Assembly (NCBI GenBank): GCA_963734155.1
Contig: CAVTGG010000017.1
Coordinates: 131,705-195,704 of the forward strand
Length of the DNA: 64,000 nt
Direction: 5' to 3'
DNA from: an uncultured Acidobacteriota bacterium
GTDB taxonomy: Bacteria; Acidobacteriota; Thermoanaerobaculia; Gp7-AA8
Part shown: positions 63,938-64,000 of the stretch, in pieces
Layout of the letters: each line of letters starts with the position of its first letter
How positions within the stretch are numbered: position 1 is the first letter of the stretch
Notes under the pieces: model-generated
The model's database searches: none
Told to the model about the DNA's origin: nothing
Seen by the model: only the letters and a program-made list of their open reading frames with translations
Made by a program: the position numbers and the translations under genes

Positions 63938-64000
63938 AAGTTCGGATGATAACCGGTACGTTGCGGACTTTATGACAGCTTGCTTTGAAACCCCGCCCGC

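Overview
This window is a high-GC (roughly 68-70%) bacterial chromosomal segment. It is densely packed with housekeeping and envelope genes on both strands. Recognisable genes include asnB, a DinG-family helicase with an N-terminal PD-(D/E)xK nuclease, a thymidine kinase gene (tdk), RNase R, pth, serS and a large NAD-glutamate dehydrogenase. There is also a fatty-acid beta-oxidation pair (a FadD-like acyl-CoA ligase and FadB/FadJ), an ABC-2 exporter, two ECF sigma/anti-sigma pairs, three GT-C (GT39/PMT-like) glycosyltransferase paralogs, several peptidases (S8, M20 x2, M28, DUF885), a ChlI-like AAA+ ATPase with a VWA partner, and a Ser/Thr kinase-serine hydrolase-ExbD operon. I found no rRNA, tRNA or CRISPR. 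The most unusual content is non-coding. (1) Two families of roughly 100-140 bp palindromic MITE-like elements occur twice each; one copy sits in-frame inside an aminotransferase gene and one interrupts a GT39 gene, in the manner of Rickettsia palindromic elements (RPEs). (2) A further family of palindromes is built from tandem 7-mer units, a different heptamer at each site; most lie at gene ends, but one sits inside the rnr coding region and one encodes a signal peptide. (3) A third REP-like element with GTCATYCYGAGC...GCTCRGRATGAC ends occurs twice. In addition, at least ten conserved genes carry single-base frameshifts or an in-frame stop (asnB, an aminotransferase, an M20 peptidase with three, rnr with two, serS, the fadD-like gene, an anti-sigma/TPR gene, DUF885). 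Because serS and other housekeeping genes are affected, I read this mainly as indel error in the assembly. The exception is the low-GC, multiply disrupted anti-sigma TPR region around 41.6-42.9 kb, which looks like a genuinely decaying or acquired island. The gene-level observations I rate highest are a 776-aa cytoplasmic protein with a degenerate class-III nucleotidyl-cyclase (CHD) domain divergent from a DnaI/IstB-like zinc-ribbon ATPase plus a coupled membrane protein, and the nuclease-DinG fusion.
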